Below are positions 15,820 through 24,138 of a stretch of DNA of 38,407 bases, piece by piece (position 1 is the first letter of the stretch; each line of letters begins with the position of its first letter). This DNA is from Kiritimatiellia bacterium (GTDB lineage: Bacteria; Verrucomicrobiota; Kiritimatiellia; CAIQIC01; Lenti-01): positions 1 to 38,407 of the forward strand of contig JAZQOP010000231.1 of NCBI GenBank assembly GCA_045627965.1, in the 5' to 3' direction. The translations under genes were made by a program, and so were the position numbers. Below the pieces are notes generated by a model that did not search any database, was not told the origin of the DNA, and saw only the letters and a list, made by a program, of their open reading frames with translations.

Positions 15820-16239
15820 TTACAGGACGACGCCGCGGCGGACGAACTGGGTGCGGATCGGCAGCTTCGTGGCCGCCAGGCGCAGGCATTCGACGGCCTG
15901 GGCCTCGGGGACGCCGTCCATCTCGAAGAGGATGCGGCCGGGGCGGACGACGGCGACCCATCCCTCGATGGCGCCCTTGCCCTTGCCCATGCGGACTTCC
16001 AGCGGCTTCTTCGAATAGGACTTGTCGGGGAAGATGCGGATCCAGAGCTTCCCTTTGCGCTTCATGGCGCGGTTCATGGCGACGCGGCACGCCTCGATCT
16101 GGATGTTCGTGATCCAGCAGCGTTCCATCGTGCGCAGGCCGTATTCGCCGAACGCCAGGGTGTTGCCGCTCATCGAGTTCCCCTTGCAGGAACCGCGCTG
16201 GCTCTGGCGATACTTCACTCGTTTAGGCATGAGGGGCAT
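15820..16239 (-). CDS. rplP: 50S ribosomal protein L16
   Basis: 139 aa; [40 protein letters not shown] 16230 is an alternative start. Confidence 0.96.
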   Translation of the reverse strand: MPLMPKRVKYRQSQRGSCKGNSMSGNTLAFGEYGLRTMERCWITNIQIEACRVAMNRAMKRKGKLWIRIFPDKSYSKKPLEVRMGKGKGAIEGWVAVVRPGRILFEMDGVPEAQAVECLRLAATKLPIRTQFVRRGVVL

Positions 16240-16903
16240 GGCTTCTCTCCTTTCGGGCGGGACGGGCGGCGGCGACGGGGCCGTCGGGGTTCTGGCAGAT
16301 CCAGCACTTCACGCCGATCTTGCCGGCCATCGTGTTGGCTTCGGCGAAACCGTACTGGACATCCTCGCGGAGCGTCTGCAGCGGGACCTTGCCCTGCATG
16401 TAGTGCTCGGTGCGGGCCAGCTCGGCGCCGCCGAGGCGGCCGCACGCCTGGACGCGGATGCCCAGCGCGCCGTTTTCCATCGCCAGCTGCATCGCGCGCT
16501 TCATGGCGCGGCGGAAGGCGATGCGGCGCTCCAGCTGCGAGGCGATCGACTCGGCCACGAGCTGCGCGTTGGTGTCGATGTTGCGGACTTCCTGGATGTC
16601 GATGTAGACTTCCTTGCCGGTCTTCTCGGTGATCTCCTGGCGGACGGCGTCGGTCCCCTCGCCCTTGTGGCCGATGAGGACGCCCGGGCGGGCGGAGAAG
16701 ATCTTGATGCGGACGCGGTTCTGGTGGCGTTCGATGACGACGTCGGAAACGCCGGCTTCCTTCAGCTTCTTGCTGATGATCTTACGGATGACCAAGTCCT
16801 CGTGCAACATGTCGCCGAACGACTTCTTGTCCGCATACCAGCGGCTCTTCCACTCCTTGTGGACCGCCATGCGGAAACCGATCGGATTTACTTTCTGGCC
16901 CAA
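16223..16903 (-). CDS. rpsC: 30S ribosomal protein S3
   Basis: 226 aa; [12 protein letters not shown]-terminus, KH domain, [17 protein letters not shown]. Confidence 0.97.
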   Translation of the reverse strand: MGQKVNPIGFRMAVHKEWKSRWYADKKSFGDMLHEDLVIRKIISKKLKEAGVSDVVIERHQNRVRIKIFSARPGVLIGHKGEGTDAVRQEITEKTGKEVYIDIQEVRNIDTNAQLVAESIASQLERRIAFRRAMKRAMQLAMENGALGIRVQACGRLGGAELARTEHYMQGKVPLQTLREDVQYGFAEANTMAGKIGVKCWICQNPDGPVAAARPARKERSHAPHA

Positions 16904-16928
16904 TGTGTGCCTCCTATCCCTTGTAAGG

Positions 16929-17291
16929 TTACTTCTTCGACGGCTTTTCGGTCGTCAGGGTCACGCTGATGTGGCTCGTCTTCTTGCGGATCGACGCGGC
17001 GGAACCGCGCGCCCGGGGCCAGTACCTGGGGAAGGTCGGGCCGTTGTCGACCGTCGCCGACGCCACATACAGGTCGTCGGCCGACAGCTCGGCGTTGTTC
17101 TCTGCGTTCGCGACGGCGGACTTCAGCGTCTTGCCGATGCACTCGGCCGCCTTGCGCTTGTTCAGCTCGACGACGCGAAGGGCCTCGGCCACGCTCAGGC
17201 CCGTGATGGCCCTGGCGAGGTCGCGCGCCTTCATCGGCGAGAGGCGGACGAACTTGGTCGTCGCCTTGAGGTTTTTGCTTTCGCTTTCCAT
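16929..17291 (-). CDS. rplV: 50S ribosomal protein L22
   Basis: 120 aa; FVRLSPMKARDLARAI and VDNGPTFPRYWPRARG. Its GGAAGG SD lies inside the last codons of the upstream ORF. Confidence 0.96.
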   Translation of the reverse strand: MESESKNLKATTKFVRLSPMKARDLARAITGLSVAEALRVVELNKRKAAECIGKTLKSAVANAENNAELSADDLYVASATVDNGPTFPRYWPRARGSAASIRKKTSHISVTLTTEKPSKK

Positions 17292-17292
17292 G

Positions 17293-18075
17293 TCATTTTC
17301 CTTCCGTACCGGTCGACCGGGCGAGGACCGCCCGGTCCCCGGCCTGGGGCCCGTCCCCGTCCGCGACCTTTTCGATGATCGCGCCGGAGACCGTCTCTCT
17401 CACATCGACAACCCGGAGGCTGGCCACCTTGCGACGGCCCCGCAGAACGACGAGCGGGAGGCCGTAGCACACGCCGTGGCGCGCCCCTTGGTCGACGACC
17501 GCCAGGCCCAGGTCCTCGTTGACGTCCAGGACGCGGCCCTCGACGGGCCGGTCCGTGGACGCCGCCTCGGCGGGGGCGGGCATCCCGGTTGCCGCGTGGG
17601 CGTCCAGGGCCGCCATCGCTTCCGCGAGGCGCCGTCCCATCCGTTCCAGCCTGGCGTCCTTCCGTGCCGCCTCCTCGCGGAGGGCGGCCACCTCGGAGCC
17701 AAGCCGGGTCGCGGCGGAGCGAGCCTCGCCGGCCAGCAATTCCAGCAGATCGTCCGAGCCTTCCGTCATGTTTCCGCGGGGGGGGCGATGTCCGCCCGCG
17801 GCGCCCGGGTCCGAGGTGTCCTCCACCTCTTCCGTTCGCGCGGACTGCACCGTTCTCGCGGTCGTCTCCGCCTTCTCCGGGACCGCCGTGTGGGCCTTTT
17901 CGGGCCCGTTTTCCACTGATTCCGGGAGGGAATACGTCGGCATGATGGCCGGCTGTTCCGTAATCAAATCACTTTTCCATCGCCAACGCAAGCCAAAAAA
18001 TACGCCTGCGCCGGCGGTCGCTCCGAGGAGCAGGGCCAGGGCGATGGGCCAGGCCCTGCCGTCGGAGCGGTGCAC
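17293..18075 (-). CDS. Hypothetical membrane-anchored coiled-coil protein inserted between rpsS and rplV
   Basis: GAGGA-N6-GTG start 19 nt after the rpsS stop; TGA stop 1 nt before the rplV ATG. Third codon positions are strongly G/C-rich in this frame. Predicted parts: TM helix (WPIALALLLGATAGAGVFFGL), acidic/Pro-rich linker, Ala/Arg/Glu-rich helix, ~75-aa beta-rich C-terminal domain. Confidence 0.8.
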   Translation of the reverse strand: MHRSDGRAWPIALALLLGATAGAGVFFGLRWRWKSDLITEQPAIMPTYSLPESVENGPEKAHTAVPEKAETTARTVQSARTEEVEDTSDPGAAGGHRPPRGNMTEGSDDLLELLAGEARSAATRLGSEVAALREEAARKDARLERMGRRLAEAMAALDAHAATGMPAPAEAASTDRPVEGRVLDVNEDLGLAVVDQGARHGVCYGLPLVVLRGRRKVASLRVVDVRETVSGAIIEKVADGDGPQAGDRAVLARSTGTEGK

Positions 18076-18094
18076 CGTGCGTCCTCGGCAGCGA

Positions 18095-18379
18095 CTACTT
18101 GAGGGCGACGGTCTTGTCCGTAGCCGCGCCGTGGTGGCGGAAGGTACGGGTGGGGGCGAACTCGCCCAGGCGGTGGCCGACCATGTTTTCCGTGACGAAA
18201 ACGTTGGTGAAGACCTTGCCGTTGTGGACGTTGAAGGTGTGGCCCACGAACTCGGGCAGGACCATGCTGCGGCGCGACCAGGTCTTGATCGGCAGCTTCT
18301 TCCCGCTCTTGTTCATCGCGTCGACCTTCTTCATCAGGTGGTCTTCGACGTACGGGCCCTTCTTGATGGAACGACTCAT
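18095..18379 (-). CDS. rpsS: 30S ribosomal protein S19
   Basis: 94 aa; [38 protein letters not shown]. Confidence 0.98.
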   Translation of the reverse strand: MSRSIKKGPYVEDHLMKKVDAMNKSGKKLPIKTWSRRSMVLPEFVGHTFNVHNGKVFTNVFVTENMVGHRLGEFAPTRTFRHHGAATDKTVALK

Positions 18380-18382
18380 GGC

Positions 18383-19210
18383 TTACTTCTTTCTGCGTTG
18401 GACGATGAACTTGCGGGAGGGCTTGCGCGGGTTGCGCGTCTTCTTGCCCTTGGCGAGCTGGCCCCACGGCGAGACGGGGTGTCCGCCGCCGGAGGAGCGG
18501 CCTTCGCCGCCGCCCATGGGGTGGTCGACCGGGTTCATGGCCACGCCGCGGACGGTCGGGCGGATGCCCTTCCAGCGCTTGCGGCCGGCCTTGCCCATGG
18601 AGATGTTCTCGTGCTCGAGGTTGCCGACCTGGCCGATCGTGGCCAGGCAGCGGACGCTCACCTTGCGGATTTCGCCGGAAGGCAGGCGCAGCTGGGCGTA
18701 CTCCTCGTCGCGGGCGGCGATCTTGACGATCATGCCGGCGCTGCGGGCGATCTTCGCGCCGCCGCCGGGGATCATCTCGATGCAGTGGACGCTCATCGAC
18801 AGGGGGATGGCGGAGAGCGGGAGGGCGTTGCCCACGGCGGGCTCGGCCTTCGGGCCGCTCATGACCTTGTCGCCGACCTTCAGGCCGTCGGGGGCGAGGA
18901 TGTAGCGCTTTTCGCCGTCGGCATAGGCCAGGAGGGCCAGCCGCGCGCTACGGTTGGGATCGTACTCGATCGCCTGCACCGTCGCGGGGATGTCGAACTT
19001 CTGGCGCTTGAAATCGACCAGGCGGAGGAACTTCTTGTGGCCACCGCCGCGATGGCGGATGGTGATGCGGCCCTGGGCGTTGCGCCCGGCCGTGGACTTC
19101 TTGATGGTGACCAGACGGCGTTCCGGGCGCTTCTTGCTCACGCCGTCGAAATCCGACAGCGTGGTGAAGCGCAGGCTGGCCGTCCTCGGCTTGTATTTCT
19201 TCAGACCCAT
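18383..19210 (-). CDS. rplB: 50S ribosomal protein L2
   Basis: 275 aa; [35 protein letters not shown]. Confidence 0.98.
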   Translation of the reverse strand: MGLKKYKPRTASLRFTTLSDFDGVSKKRPERRLVTIKKSTAGRNAQGRITIRHRGGGHKKFLRLVDFKRQKFDIPATVQAIEYDPNRSARLALLAYADGEKRYILAPDGLKVGDKVMSGPKAEPAVGNALPLSAIPLSMSVHCIEMIPGGGAKIARSAGMIVKIAARDEEYAQLRLPSGEIRKVSVRCLATIGQVGNLEHENISMGKAGRKRWKGIRPTVRGVAMNPVDHPMGGGEGRSSGGGHPVSPWGQLAKGKKTRNPRKPSRKFIVQRRKK

Positions 19211-19222
19211 GGGGAACCTCGC

Positions 19223-19501
19223 TTATGCCAAATCGATGGTGTTGCCGTCCTGCAGGGTGACGACCGCGCGCTTCCAGTCGGAAGTGCGGCCCGGCACCCG
19301 GTTGCGACCGACGCGCTTGGCCTTGCCCTTGCGCACCATCGTCCGGACGTCCTTGACCTTGACGTTGAACTGCTTCTCGACGGCGGCGCGGATCTGCATC
19401 TTGTTCGCGTCGCTGCCGACCTCGAAAAGGTACTGGTTGTCGGCCTGCTGGAGGCGCGTGCCCTTTTCGGTGACCAGAAGCTTCTTGATAATCGTCTGCA
19501 T
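19223..19501 (-). CDS. rplW: 50S ribosomal protein L23
   Basis: 92 aa; position between rplD and rplB, typical L23 sequence. Confidence 0.94.
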   Translation of the reverse strand: MQTIIKKLLVTEKGTRLQQADNQYLFEVGSDANKMQIRAAVEKQFNVKVKDVRTMVRKGKAKRVGRNRVPGRTSDWKRAVVTLQDGNTIDLA

Positions 19502-19507
19502 GGCTGT

Positions 19508-20140
19508 TTACTCCTTCCCGCCGACGCGCTCCGCCAGGGCGTCGAGGCCCGCGGCATCCGTCAGGACCACCGGGTAGCGGAGCATCTGGTAGGTGTTGAC
19601 CTGCTCGGCCGTCGTGACTTCCGCGTTGGGCAGGTTGCGGGCGGCGAGGTTCAGGCTCTTGCTGGACTGCGCGACGATGAAGAGCGTCGAGCGCCCCTCG
19701 GCCACCTTCTTCATCAGGGGGCCCAGGTTGCGGGTCTTCGGCTCGATCTCGGCCAGGCCCTCCGCCACCGACACGGCGCCAGAGACGATCTTGTCCGACA
19801 GCGCGCGCTGGAAGGCGAGGGCGACGACCTTCTTGTTGACCTTCTTCGAGTAGTCGCGGGGATGGGGCCCGAACACGACGCCGCCGCCGCGGAGGACGGG
19901 GGAACGCCGCGAGCCCTGGCGCGCGTTGCCGGAGCCCTTCTGCTTGTAGGGCTTGCGGCCGCCGCCGGAGACGTCGGAACGCTTCTTGGTGGACGCCGTG
20001 CCGGCGCGAAGGCCCGCGCGGTACGCCGTGACGACGTCGAGGACGGCCTGGTCGCCGCGCTCGGTCTCGAGCAGATCGTCGGAGAATTCCTTTTCGCCGA
20101 TGCTCTCGCCGGCGAGATTGTAGACTTTGATGGTGCTCAT
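19508..20140 (-). CDS. rplD: 50S ribosomal protein L4
   Basis: Start at internal ATG 20140 ([12 protein letters not shown]); 210 aa; [19 protein letters not shown] motif. Confidence 0.95.
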   Translation of the reverse strand: MSTIKVYNLAGESIGEKEFSDDLLETERGDQAVLDVVTAYRAGLRAGTASTKKRSDVSGGGRKPYKQKGSGNARQGSRRSPVLRGGGVVFGPHPRDYSKKVNKKVVALAFQRALSDKIVSGAVSVAEGLAEIEPKTRNLGPLMKKVAEGRSTLFIVAQSSKSLNLAARNLPNAEVTTAEQVNTYQMLRYPVVLTDAAGLDALAERVGGKE

Positions 20141-20145
20141 GTCGG

Positions 20146-20775
20146 TTACGCCTTCTTGATAGCCTTGCGAACCATCACGATGCCGCCGTTCGGTCCCGGG
20201 ACCGCGCCCTCCAGGAGGATGGCGTTGTCTTCCGGCATGACCTTCACGACGCGCAGGTTCTGGGTCGTAATGTCGTCCGAGCCCATCTGGCCCGGCATCT
20301 TCTTGTTCCTGAACACGCGGGCCGGCCACTCGCGGTTGCCGATGGAACCCGGCTTGCGGGTCCAGGCGCCGCCGTGCGTCTCGCGGCCGCCGCGCATCTT
20401 GAAGCGGCGGATGACGCCCTGGAAGCCGCGCCCCTTCGTGCGGGCCAGCACGTCGACGAACGCGACGCCTTCGAACACCGACGCGTCGAACACGTCGCCG
20501 ACCTTGGCGTCGTCGCCCTCGGCCAGGCGGACTTCGCGAAGCACGCGCTTCGGGCTCACGCCGGCCTTCTCGAAATGCTTGACCTGGGCTTTGGCCAGGC
20601 GCTGCGGCTTCTGGTCCTCGTAGCCGAGCTGGACCGCCTCGTAGCCGTCCGTCTCGCTCGTCTTGCGCTGGACGACGGAGCAGGGCCCGACCTGGACGAC
20701 CGTCACCGGCACCTGGACGCCGTTGTCGTCATAGATGCGGGTCATGCCCACCTTGCGACCGATAAGTGTCTTCAT
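20146..20775 (-). CDS. rplC: 50S ribosomal protein L3
   Basis: 209 aa; [24 protein letters not shown]. Confidence 0.97.
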   Translation of the reverse strand: MKTLIGRKVGMTRIYDDNGVQVPVTVVQVGPCSVVQRKTSETDGYEAVQLGYEDQKPQRLAKAQVKHFEKAGVSPKRVLREVRLAEGDDAKVGDVFDASVFEGVAFVDVLARTKGRGFQGVIRRFKMRGGRETHGGAWTRKPGSIGNREWPARVFRNKKMPGQMGSDDITTQNLRVVKVMPEDNAILLEGAVPGPNGGIVMVRKAIKKA

Positions 20776-20789
20776 GCTGGTCGCCTCCT

Positions 20790-21095
20790 CTACAGACGGA
20801 TCTGGATGTCGACGCCGGCCGGCAGGTTGAGCTTCTTGAGCTCGTCCACCGTCTTGGCAGTCGGGTCAATGATGTCGATGATCCGCTTGTGCGTGCGGAT
20901 CTCGAACTGTTCCATGGACTTCTTGTCCGCGTGAACGCTGCGGTTCACGGTGTACCGTTCGATGCGGGTGGGCATCGGGATGGGCCCGGCCACCTGGGCG
21001 CTGGTACGCTTCGCGGTATCGACGATGTCCTGGGCCGACTGGTCCAGCATCCGATGGTCGAATGCCCGAAGGCGAATTCTGATGCGTTGTTTCAT
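20790..21095 (-). CDS. rpsJ: 30S ribosomal protein S10
   Basis: Start at internal ATG 21095; 101 aa [20 protein letters not shown]... Confidence 0.96.
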   Translation of the reverse strand: MKQRIRIRLRAFDHRMLDQSAQDIVDTAKRTSAQVAGPIPMPTRIERYTVNRSVHADKKSMEQFEIRTHKRIIDIIDPTAKTVDELKKLNLPAGVDIQIRL

Positions 21096-21132
21096 GCGTA
21101 TTTCTTTCGGTTCGACAATGATCCTTGGCGAT

Positions 21133-21159
21133 GGCCGGGCGGCTCTCCCGCCGCCGGCC
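21133..21159 (-). promoter_or_regulatory. Stable stem-loop in the S10 operon leader
   Basis: Minus strand GGCCGGCGGC-GGGAGA-GCCG(C)CCGGCC, 38-64 nt upstream of the rpsJ ATG; no U-tract follows. Confidence 0.3.
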
Positions 21160-21248
21160 TGCACGCCAATGCGCCCTTGTGTCAAAGAACGCCCGACTCC
21201 ACGGCCGCGCCAGCCTACAGGACGGCCGCAACCGCAAAATCGGCGCGT

Positions 21249-21276
21249 ATTCAAGCACATTTTGTCCGAAAGTCAA
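21249..21276 (-). promoter_or_regulatory. Candidate sigma70 promoter of the S10 operon
   Basis: Minus strand TTGACT-N16-TTGAAT with TGc extended -10, preceded by the A/T-rich GAGAAATTTTTGCGATTTTTGCGG; would give a ~150-nt leader. Confidence 0.4.
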
Positions 21277-21428
21277 CCCCTTTCCGCAAAAATCGCAAAA
21301 ATTTCTCGCCCTCGCCGGAAAAAGTGGTAGTTTTAGGTCCACGGACGCCGTCGGGCGTCCTGAAGTAAGTAGACGATGATGCTCCCCCTTCGAACAGCCC
21401 CCATGACGGACAGGAAGGAAGCCTAGCG

Positions 21429-22859
21429 ATGGTCTTCAACTCGCTGGTCTTCCTTGTGTTCTTTGCGATCGTCTACGTGGCGTACCGTCTGCTGCCGCAT
21501 CGCGGGCAGAACGTGCTGATCCTCGTATCGAGCTACATCTTCTACGGCTGGTGGGACTGGCGGTTCTGCGGGCTGATCGCCTTGACGAGCCTCTGCTCCT
21601 GGGGCAGCGGCCTTGCCATCGGGCATTTCCGGCGGAGAGGGGCGTCCAGGGCCGCCTGGTGGTCCTGCGCGGCGAACGTCGGGCTGAACCTCGGCATCCT
21701 CGGCGTCTTCAAGTACTACGACTTCTTCGCCTCCAGCGCAGCCGCGGCGGCCGCCGCCCTGGGCTGGACGGCGGATGTCCCGCTCCTCCGCGTCATCCTG
21801 CCGGTCGGGATCAGCTTCTACACGTTCCAGGCGCTGAGCTACACGCTGGATGTCCACCGTGGCCAGATGCGGCCCACGCGGAACGCGGTCGACTTCTGCG
21901 CGTTTGTCGCCTTCTTTCCCCAGCTGGTCGCCGGCCCCATCGAACGCGCCAGCAACCTGCTGCCGCAGATCGAGAACCCGCGGACCGTCACGCCGGAAGG
22001 GACCCGGGAAGGGATTTGGCTCGTCGCGTGGGGCCTTTTCAAGAAGTGCGTCATCGCGGACAACCTGGCCGTCCTGGTCGACGGCGTGTTCAACGGCGGC
22101 GGCACGGCGACGGCGGGCGGGGCGGCCTGCCTGCTGGCGGTCTATGCGTTCGCCTTTCAGATCTACTGCGACTTTTCGGGCTACAGCGACATCGCCCGCG
22201 GCCTGGCCAAAATGATGGGCGTCGACCTGATGCTCAACTTCAACAACCCCTATTTCGCCCTCAATCCGAAGGACTTCTGGGCGCGCTGGCACATCAGCCT
22301 CTCGACGTGGCTCCGCGACTACCTCTACATTCCGCTCGGCGGCAACCGGCGCGGCGCGGCGCGCAAATACGCCAACCTCTTTCTCACGATGCTGCTGGGC
22401 GGGCTGTGGCACGGGGCGGCCTGGACATTCGTCGCCTGGGGCGCGTTCCATGGCGCCCTGCTCGTCGCCTACCATGCCTGGACGTCGTGGATGGGCTTCG
22501 GCAAGGGGCGCGTGGATTCGGGCCGGTGCGTCTGGCTGCGCCGGATCGCCATGTTCAACCTGGCCTGCGTCGGATGGCTCTTCTTCCGCGCCGAAACGAT
22601 TGCGCAGGCCTGGTCGATGCTGGGCGCGATCTTCGGCCGCTGGGCCTGGGATGCGCAGGCAGCGAACATCCTGTGCGCGACCATCCTCTTCGCCGCGCCC
22701 CTGTGGGCCGTGCAGGCCCTGCAGGTCGCCAGCGGGCGCCTGGATGCGCCGCGGCGCCTTTCGCCGGTTCCCAGAATCGCCCTTTGGATCGTCATGGCCG
22801 TCGGATTCCTTCTGTTCGGGAACACGGGCGGCGGGGCCTTCATCTATTTCCAGTTCTGA
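21429..22859 (+). CDS. MBOAT family membrane-bound O-acyltransferase (AlgI/PatA/DltB-like)
   Basis: 476 aa, polytopic; MVFNSLVFLVFF N-terminus, SFYTFQALSY, DFWARWHISLSTWLRDYLYIPLGGNR and LLGGLWHG (conserved His) motifs. Confidence 0.9.
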   Translation: MVFNSLVFLVFFAIVYVAYRLLPHRGQNVLILVSSYIFYGWWDWRFCGLIALTSLCSWGSGLAIGHFRRRGASRAAWWSCAANVGLNLGILGVFKYYDFFASSAAAAAAALGWTADVPLLRVILPVGISFYTFQALSYTLDVHRGQMRPTRNAVDFCAFVAFFPQLVAGPIERASNLLPQIENPRTVTPEGTREGIWLVAWGLFKKCVIADNLAVLVDGVFNGGGTATAGGAACLLAVYAFAFQIYCDFSGYSDIARGLAKMMGVDLMLNFNNPYFALNPKDFWARWHISLSTWLRDYLYIPLGGNRRGAARKYANLFLTMLLGGLWHGAAWTFVAWGAFHGALLVAYHAWTSWMGFGKGRVDSGRCVWLRRIAMFNLACVGWLFFRAETIAQAWSMLGAIFGRWAWDAQAANILCATILFAAPLWAVQALQVASGRLDAPRRLSPVPRIALWIVMAVGFLLFGNTGGGAFIYFQF

Positions 22860-24094
22860 TGCGCACATTGACCCCAGAAGACCGGATTGTCCGCGACGTC
22901 GAAAGGAGATTCCTTCGGCGCTGGGGGTGGTGCATGCCCGTCCTGGGCATCCTGGCCGCGGGGCTTCTGGGCGACGGCTTCTGGGGCTGGGTCGATTCAT
23001 CCGTCCCCGGCCGCTGGTTCGACTGGGGCCGCGCATTCGGTCCGGCAGGACTGGCGCTGGGCGTCGCGGGCCTCCTGTTCGCCGGCGCGTGGCGCCTGCT
23101 GGTTGGTCGGAAAGGCGGTTTCGCCGTCGTGGCGCCGTGCGCGCTGGCGGGGCTGCTGGCCGTCGAATGCGCCGTCCGGCTCTCCACGCCCCAGGCCGCC
23201 TTCTGGCTGGCCGTGCGCAGCCGGCTCGGCGAGCAGCCCTTCATGCGCGAGGTTTGCTACGTGCGCCTGGAGGAAGCCGCCGGGCGCATGGATTCCGCCC
23301 CGGCCGTCGTGGTCATCGGCTCCAGCCAGGTGCTCAACGGCGTCGACGTTCCCGCCCTGGACGAAGCCCTGCGCCCCGAGCGCCGGGCCATCCGCCGCGC
23401 CATGTTCGGCATGACCCCGCTCAAGGCCCTCTGCATGCGCGCCTACTTCCCGTTCCGGCCCGGCGACCTCTGCGCCACGATGCTTTCCGAATTTGATTTC
23501 ACCAACCAGGAGGAATTCCCTGCCGACTGGTTCCGCCCCTACGCCTCGTGGCGGACGCTCCCCGACGTCCTGTCCTGCATGGGCGCCCGCACCTGCCGGG
23601 CCCATTGGCGCCAGGCCGTCGACGGCGCCATGGCCGCCACATGGGAGCTTTGGCGCATGCGCGACGGGGCCCGCGAAATCGCCTTCCACGCCGTCGGCCG
23701 CGAGGCTGCAGCGGATGCCGCCTCCGCCGGTTCGACATCGGCAAGCGGCGCCGCCCTCGCCGCCGAAAAGGCGCGGGGCCCCTTGCAACGCGCGGCGGCC
23801 GAGGAGAAGGCCTTTGTCCGGCTGACGGAACGGCTGCAGGCGGATGGCGTCCGTTTCGTCGTCTTCGAAGGCGACGTCCATCCCGCCATCCAATCCGCCT
23901 TCCGCGTCGCCGAAAAGCGGCGGATCCGCGCCTGGCTGCAAGGCTTCGGCTCCGCCTCCTTCCGCTATGTCCCGATCGACGAGCTGGGGCTTTCCTTCGA
24001 CCTTGGCGACTGGAAGGACATGACCCACCTCAGTTCGACCGGGCGCGCAAAGTTCACCTGGGCCATGGCCGCTACGCTCCAGTCGGAACCTTAG
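22859..24094 (+). CDS. Membrane-anchored SGNH/DltD-like partner of the MBOAT protein
   Basis: TGATG overlap with the MBOAT stop. About 3 N-terminal TM helices, then VVVIGSSQV (block I Ser) and DMTHLSSTG (DxxH) near the C-terminus. The family call is an inference from these motifs. Confidence 0.6.
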   Translation: MRTLTPEDRIVRDVERRFLRRWGWCMPVLGILAAGLLGDGFWGWVDSSVPGRWFDWGRAFGPAGLALGVAGLLFAGAWRLLVGRKGGFAVVAPCALAGLLAVECAVRLSTPQAAFWLAVRSRLGEQPFMREVCYVRLEEAAGRMDSAPAVVVIGSSQVLNGVDVPALDEALRPERRAIRRAMFGMTPLKALCMRAYFPFRPGDLCATMLSEFDFTNQEEFPADWFRPYASWRTLPDVLSCMGARTCRAHWRQAVDGAMAATWELWRMRDGAREIAFHAVGREAAADAASAGSTSASGAALAAEKARGPLQRAAAEEKAFVRLTERLQADGVRFVVFEGDVHPAIQSAFRVAEKRRIRAWLQGFGSASFRYVPIDELGLSFDLGDWKDMTHLSSTGRAKFTWAMAATLQSEP

Positions 24095-24138
24095 GCTCCG
24101 CGGGCGGGCGGCTTCGCGGGGGGCGGGCCAAAGGGGGC

